The position numbers were made by a program, and so were the translations under genes. A stretch of 64,000 nt of DNA. Source: Selaginella moellendorffii (Eukaryota; Plantae; Lycopodiophyta). This document shows, one piece after another, positions 63,011 through 64,000 of the stretch. The notes beneath the pieces are model-generated. The model saw only the letters and a program-made list of their open reading frames with translations, had not been told where the DNA came from and made no database searches. The first letter of the stretch is position 1. Each line of letters begins with the position of its first letter. The stretch lies in the NCBI RefSeq assembly GCF_000143415.4, contig NW_003314274.1, positions 208,794-272,793 of the forward strand, read 5' to 3'.

Positions 63011-64000
63011 TAGAGGAGCTGTACCATACACCATGAATGTTGCTATCAACTAAGTTTAATTATTCAACTATAATTGCATAGTATCAAATTATTGCACTAA
63101 TTGTTGCTCTAGAGTCAAAGGAGGAGGAGGCTATTGCTTTGCCATAAAAATGAATAAAAAGGAAAAATATAAAAGAAAAGAAATTGAAAAATTTATAAAG
63201 AAAAGGGGATCTAGACAATCTAAAAGCTAAATCTAAAGAAAAATCCTAAACTGAAACACTCCTTAGGAACAGTTAAAATTACCCTTCATCTCCACCAATG
63301 TGACTGTATGAAATATAAAAATGGAATACAAAAATGTGCATATCAATTACCTCAAAAACCTTAACTTATATATAACAACAAGTGGTCCAGATTGAAATTA
63401 ATTTGATAGCTATTAAAATCCCACTATGCTAATATTAGTATACAGCATTATAGCTGTACATTTGAACCTCAAAATAAGAAATTATTAATTCTCTAATAAA
63501 TACAATGTATAATTCTAGTTATTTTAAATAGAGGATAACAATAATTTACTCTTTAAACATTTTTAGATTTGTAAGATAGATATAATCCAATACCTCATCT
63601 TGATAATTTATAGCTATAGTATAGAGTCAACTCCATTTATATTAATGCTACAGCATACAACACCTATTTTAAGTGATGAGAAGTATGACTTAATTGTTGT
63701 ATTTATGTAAGTAAATTATATTCATATACTAACTGTTATATTATGATTCAATATTAATCCTATCAAAACTTTGAGCTAGCAAATGAATAATTTTCATATT
63801 TAACACATAAAAAGTTAGCTATAAATCCACATAACATGTTATACCCTTGTTTCCCTAGCTTTTAAGTGCATCATGGGGTATAATCATAAGTGCCTCACTC
63901 ATGAGGGTCTAGTGTGGTGGAAGGACATTCAAGATCATTGGGTTGAACTAAAATATCATTTTAATTATGTATGAAATTTTTAAAAAAATTATGATTCATT

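Overview
Repeat-rich plant nuclear DNA. The ~50-nt introns, tightly packed genes and TTTAGGG motifs suggest a lycophyte such as Selaginella (inference). A 6.3-kb island of three host genes (coiled-coil protein, ZIP metal transporter, extended-PHD/AAA ATPase; 28083-34423) lies among transposons. Left of it: a decayed non-coding LTR element carrying a 5S-bearing Cassandra fragment, a solo LTR, a deleted and apparently self-priming chromovirus, and two 288-bp MITEs. Right of it: a nested stack, chromodomain Ty3/gypsy (35337-61766) > TIR DNA transposon (41507-60682, 4-bp TSD) > non-coding LARD-like LTR element (51659-58982). The most interesting object is the TIR transposon (~11.8 kb without the LARD). 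It encodes a Sola-like DDD transposase and, divergently, a multi-exon gene that appears to join a ParB/Srx-like domain, a degenerate beta-class DNA amino-methyltransferase-like domain, an acidic tract and an FCP1/NIF-type HAD phosphatase. About 20 copies of a 22-bp palindrome, ATGGCRTG-N6-CAYGCCAT, occur in its introns, intergenic DNA and coding linkers. The same motif is kept twice in each related MITE. This suggests a transposon-encoded self-recognition or chromatin-modifying system. Domain calls come from reading motifs by eye and need HMM or structure confirmation. This copy is pseudogenised.
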